Source: the human T2T-CHM13v2.0 reference genome, Homo sapiens. From it: 64,000 nt of DNA. The stretch lies in the NCBI RefSeq assembly GCF_009914755.1, contig NC_060947.1. One strand, written 5' to 3'. The translations under genes were made by a program, and so were the position numbers. Below are positions 58,812 through 64,000 of this stretch, one piece after another. Position 1 is the stretch's first letter, and each line of letters opens with the position of its first letter. The notes under the pieces are model-generated. The model ran no database searches, had not been told where the DNA came from, and worked only from the letters and a program-made list of their open reading frames with translations.

Positions 58812-59309
58812 TTACAGGAAGGATTTAAGCAGATTAGGTTCCCACCCTCTGACCCTGTTTCCCCATAGACACTCCATAAATAAAAGAGAGATCAAACCTG
58901 TGTCTTTCGCAATGCAGGCTGTTGACAAAAATGAGGAATGGGATTTGGAGCTCCATGTCAGCTGCAATGGCCACACGGGAAAGCCTAGGAGGCTGCTCTG
59001 GAAACAGAGGGGCTGTTCTAGGTGACGCCAAACTAGCACAGATGAGGCACAGAAGAGACGCCTGCGACAGATATGGAAGACACCTTCAGAAAGGGCAAAA
59101 TTCAGCCACCTAAGCACAATAGACGCCAAACAGATGGCTGTCATGGAATCAGGCAGTGTCCCATAGCCCAATACACGCCGACATTGTAACATAACCTTTA
59201 CCTGAGAAAATGCCCAGGTTCACCGCCTGGGGAAGCAAGCTACACTCTACAAAGAAATATCCAGTGAGCACAACAGGACACATCTAACCTACACTGTAAA
59301 ATAGAAATA

Positions 59310-60960
59310 ATGAGTCTCCTGCATCTGGGGATCCACCTACACTCTACACTAGACACACCCAGTGTCCTCCGTCTGGGGGATACACCAACACTCTACAGTA
59401 GATACACTGAATGTCCTCCATCTGGTGATGCACCTACACTCTGCAATAGACACACTCAATGTCCTCCATTGGGGGGATCCATCTACACTCTACACTAGAC
59501 ACACTCAATGTCCTCCATCTGGGGATCCTCCTACACTCTACAATAGACACACTCAATGTCCTCCATCTGGGGATCCTCCTGCACTCTACAATAGACACAC
59601 CCAGTGTCCTCCGTCTGGGGGATACACCAACACTCTACAGTAGATACACTGAATGTCCTCCATCTGGGGATGCACCTACACTCTACACTAGACACACTCA
59701 ATGTCCTCCATTGGGGGGATCCATCTACACTCTACACTAGACACACTCAATGTCCTCCATCTGGGGATCCCCCTACACTCTACAATAGACACACTCAATG
59801 TCCTCCATCTGGGGATCCTCCTACACTCTACAATAGACACACCCAGTGTCCTCCGTCTGGGGGATACACCAACACTCTACAGTAGATACACTGAATGTCC
59901 TCCATCTGGGGATGCACCTACACTCTACACTAGACACACTCAATGTCCTCCATCTGGGGATCCTCCTACACTCTACAATAGACACACTCAATGTCCTCCA
60001 TCTGGGGATCCTCCTACACTCTACACTAGACACACTCAGTGTCCTCCATTGGGGGGATCCATCTACACTCTACAATAGACACACTCAATGTCGTCCATCT
60101 GGGGATCCTCCTACACTCTACAACAGATACACTCAATGTCCTCCATCTGGGGATCCTCCTACACTCTACAATAGACACACTCAATGTCCTCCATCTGGGG
60201 ATCCTCCTACACTCTACAATAGACACACTCAATGTCCTCCATCTGGAGATCCTCCTACACTCTACAATAGACACACTCAATGTCCTCCATCTGGGGATCC
60301 TCCTACACTCTACACTAGACACACTCAATGTGCTCCATCTGGGGATCCTCCTACACTCTACAATAGAAACACTCAGCGTCCTCCATCTGGGGATCCACCT
60401 ACACTCTACAATAAACCAACTCAATTTGCTCCATCTGGGGATCCACCCACACTTTGCAATAGAAACACTCAATGTCCTCCATCTGGGGATCCACTTACCC
60501 TTTACAGTACACACACTGAATGTCCTCCATCTGGGGATCCAGCTACACTCTACACTAGATACACTCAATGTCCTCCATCTTGGGATCCAGCTATACTCTA
60601 CAATAGAAACACCCATCTGGGGATCCACCTACACTCTACACTAGACACATTCAATGTCCTCCATCTGGGGATCCACCTACACTCTACAATAGAAACACTC
60701 AGCGTCCTCCATCTGGGGCTCCACCTACACTCTACAATAGACACACCCATCTGGGGATCCACCTACACTCTACAATAGACACACCCATCTGGGAATCCAC
60801 CTACACTCTATTGTAGATCCACAATCTACAATAGACACACTCAGCGTCCTCCATCAGGGGATCCACCTACACTGTACAATAGAGATACCCAGTGACCACC
60901 ATCTTGGCACCCACCCACACTACAATAGAGATAGATTCCCAGTGTCCCCTATTTGGGGAA
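59310..60960. repeat. 48-bp minisatellite, >30 copies, degenerating to the right
   Basis: Unit ctacactctacaatagacacactcaatgtcctccatctggggatcctc; 242-bp five-unit period (59362/59604/59846). Confidence 0.97.
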
Positions 60961-61073
60961 CCTACCTGCACTCTGCAATGAATATGCACATCAACTTTCT
61001 GGGGTTTCTCCTTGCAATCTGGGATAGACCTATTCGTTGTTCACTGTCCTTGAGTAGCTGAGGGTCGTTGCTC

Positions 61074-61411
61074 AGGCATTTTTGGAAGGAAGTTTGGTCT
61101 TAATCTAAGGCATCTTTGGAAGGAAAGTTGGTCTTAACCTAAGGCATTTTTGGAAGGAAGATTGGTATTATCCTAAGGCATCTTTGGAAGGAAGGTTGGT
61201 CTTAATGTAAGGCATCTTTGGAAGGAAAGTTGGTCTTAACCTAAGGCATTTTTGGAAGGAAGGTTGGTCTTAACATAAGGCATTTTTGGAAGGAAGGTTG
61301 GCCTTAATCTAAGGCATTTTTGGAAGGAAGGTTGGTCTTATCCTAAGGCATCTTTGGAAGGAAGGTTGGTCTTAATGTAAGGCATCTTTGGAAGGAAGGT
61401 TGGTCTTAATC
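61074..61411. repeat. 34-bp minisatellite, ~10 copies
   Basis: Unit aggcatctttggaaggaaggttggtcttaatcta. Confidence 0.97.
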
Positions 61412-61849
61412 TTGTGTCCACCTGCAGCCTGTTATGTTTTATTCTTGGGTTTTCTCTCACTTTTTTGCCTAGCAGAAGCAAGCCATGAAGCTGTGTCCAT
61501 GAGATATTCTGTAGAGCCTGGAATAATCCCTCCTTTCCACGTCTTGTCCCGCCATGGAGTGCCCCAGAGTTCCGGGACGTGGAAGGTGCCGTCCCCTGCC
61601 TGACACGGTGCTGCCCAGCTCCCTCCTCATCCCGGTGGCTTCCCAAACTCCCCGGGCCTGCTGGAGGAAACACCTGTGCTGAAGACTCGGAGGCCCTTCC
61701 CTCCAAACCCTGACTCCGGGGTCAGCGACGCCAACAGGTGTTTTTTCTCAGAATCGCCTTCTTGTCTGAATTGAGCCCCAGGATCAGAAGGCCAAGGGGC
61801 CAGGGGTCAGACGCAGCCACGCAGGGTTCCCCGGGGGCCAGGGCTTACC

Positions 61850-62470
61850 AGGTGGTTAATATTATCAGAGCTCATTTGCTGAAGCTGGACTGGCGTGTTC
61901 TCGGCGGTCCCAAATAAATTTAACGAGAGCGACTTTCAAAGCCCACCTATTAGGACCGTCTGTTCAATGGACAGGAGGGTTAACCGTAATTCGAGGAGGC
62001 AGCTTGGCCGTCTCCAAATAGGAACACATGGACTGTGCGGCTTGGCCCCATTTGTGGTAATTTTAAGGTCTCGTTTCCATTTGTAAGAAACATAACTACT
62101 TACATATGGAAAGAATGAATAAGAGAAGTCATTAAAATTTCTCTAATTTAGGAAAAAAATAAAAAAAAAAAAGATGTAACGAAGTAATATCTTTACCAGG
62201 CCAGGCAGAAATGTAAATTAGACATTAGAAGAAAAACCTATTAACAGGATGGCTGGATGGCTGCGTGGCTTGCCTGTTTTTTTATTTTTTTAATCTAATG
62301 AATTTATGAATTGCTAGTTGTGGGGGTCACAGATTTTGCTAATTTCCTATGTGTTTAGCTCTGCAGTAAGAAGGGAGGATTTGCTTATGAACCACGGATG
62401 CTAAGTCCATTAGCGGGGCGGTTGCTAATCAGAACACAAATGGTAATACGTACGGTCCAGCATTGAAAAA
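61850..62470. promoter_or_regulatory. Candidate conserved enhancer
   Basis: tttaacgag at 61919, taatctaat at 62291, tttatga at 62303, retained CpGs; motif evidence only. Confidence 0.35.
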
Positions 62471-62607
62471 AAAAAAAGACAGAAAAACACATGAATTATT
62501 TCAAGTTGGGGTTTTTCCAACTTCTGTCCGTTGTCCCCACAGGTCATCAGAATATTTAAACATCAGGGAGTAAGAGGCGACCTAGCTAGGTAGCTGCCTG
62601 ATTATAA

Positions 62608-63642
<1,035 letters not shown>

Positions 63643-63649
63643 CGCATCC

Positions 63650-64000
63650 CCTCTTCTTATGAGGTGTCTTAGTCGATTTCAGGCTGCCATCTCAGAACAC
63701 CATAGACTGGGTGGCTTCAAAATAACAGACATTGATTCTCCCACAGTCCTGGCGGCTGGAAGTCTGAGATCAAGGTGTAGGAAGGGTTGGTTTCTCCTAA
63801 GGCCTCTCTCTTTGCCCTGTAGATGCCATCTTCTCCCTGTGTGCTCACAGGGTCATCCCTCTGTCTGTGTCTGTGTCCTCATCTCATCTTCTTATGGGAT
63901 GTCTTAGTCCATTTCAGGCTGCTATCACAGAACACCATAGACTGGGTGGCTTAGAAACAACAAACATTGATTCTCCCACAGTCCTGGAGGCTGGAAGTCT
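63650..64000 (-). mobile_element. MaLR LTR-derived (MLT1A/B-like) tandem unit of ~235 bp, continuing past the window edge
   Basis: tcttagtc.atttcaggctgc.at..cagaacaccatagactgggtggctt at 63667 and 63902. Confidence 0.8.

Noticed and set aside
59846-60778. 310-aa Pro/Cys repeat ORF
   Set aside because: Translation of the 48-bp minisatellite.

Overview
Primate (very likely human) non-coding DNA. I cannot support any protein-coding exon or intact RNA gene. The window holds about 55 Alu copies or fragments, three L1PA 3' fragments, several MaLR/ERVL/ERV1 LTRs, a MER20 and a 22-nt U6 retro-fragment. It also holds kilobase-scale GATA/CCAT/CT/AT microsatellite expansions and four minisatellites (45, 71, 48 and 34 bp units). 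This repeat mix resembles the Xp/Yp pseudoautosomal region PAR1, possibly the SHOX-flanking gene desert; that placement is an unverified inference. Repeat-free islands rich in HOX/PBX/MEIS-type motifs are candidate developmental enhancers. The strongest unexplained signal is repeated local copy-and-paste of DNA. Examples are a ~680-bp inverted copy of neighbouring sequence inserted with a 16-bp target-site duplication, two tandem arrays built from whole Alus, several Alu-plus-flank duplications and a dispersed duplication that preserves an empty Alu site. All long ORFs in the track are explained by repeats. Repeat family names come from recalled consensus sequences, not from a database search.
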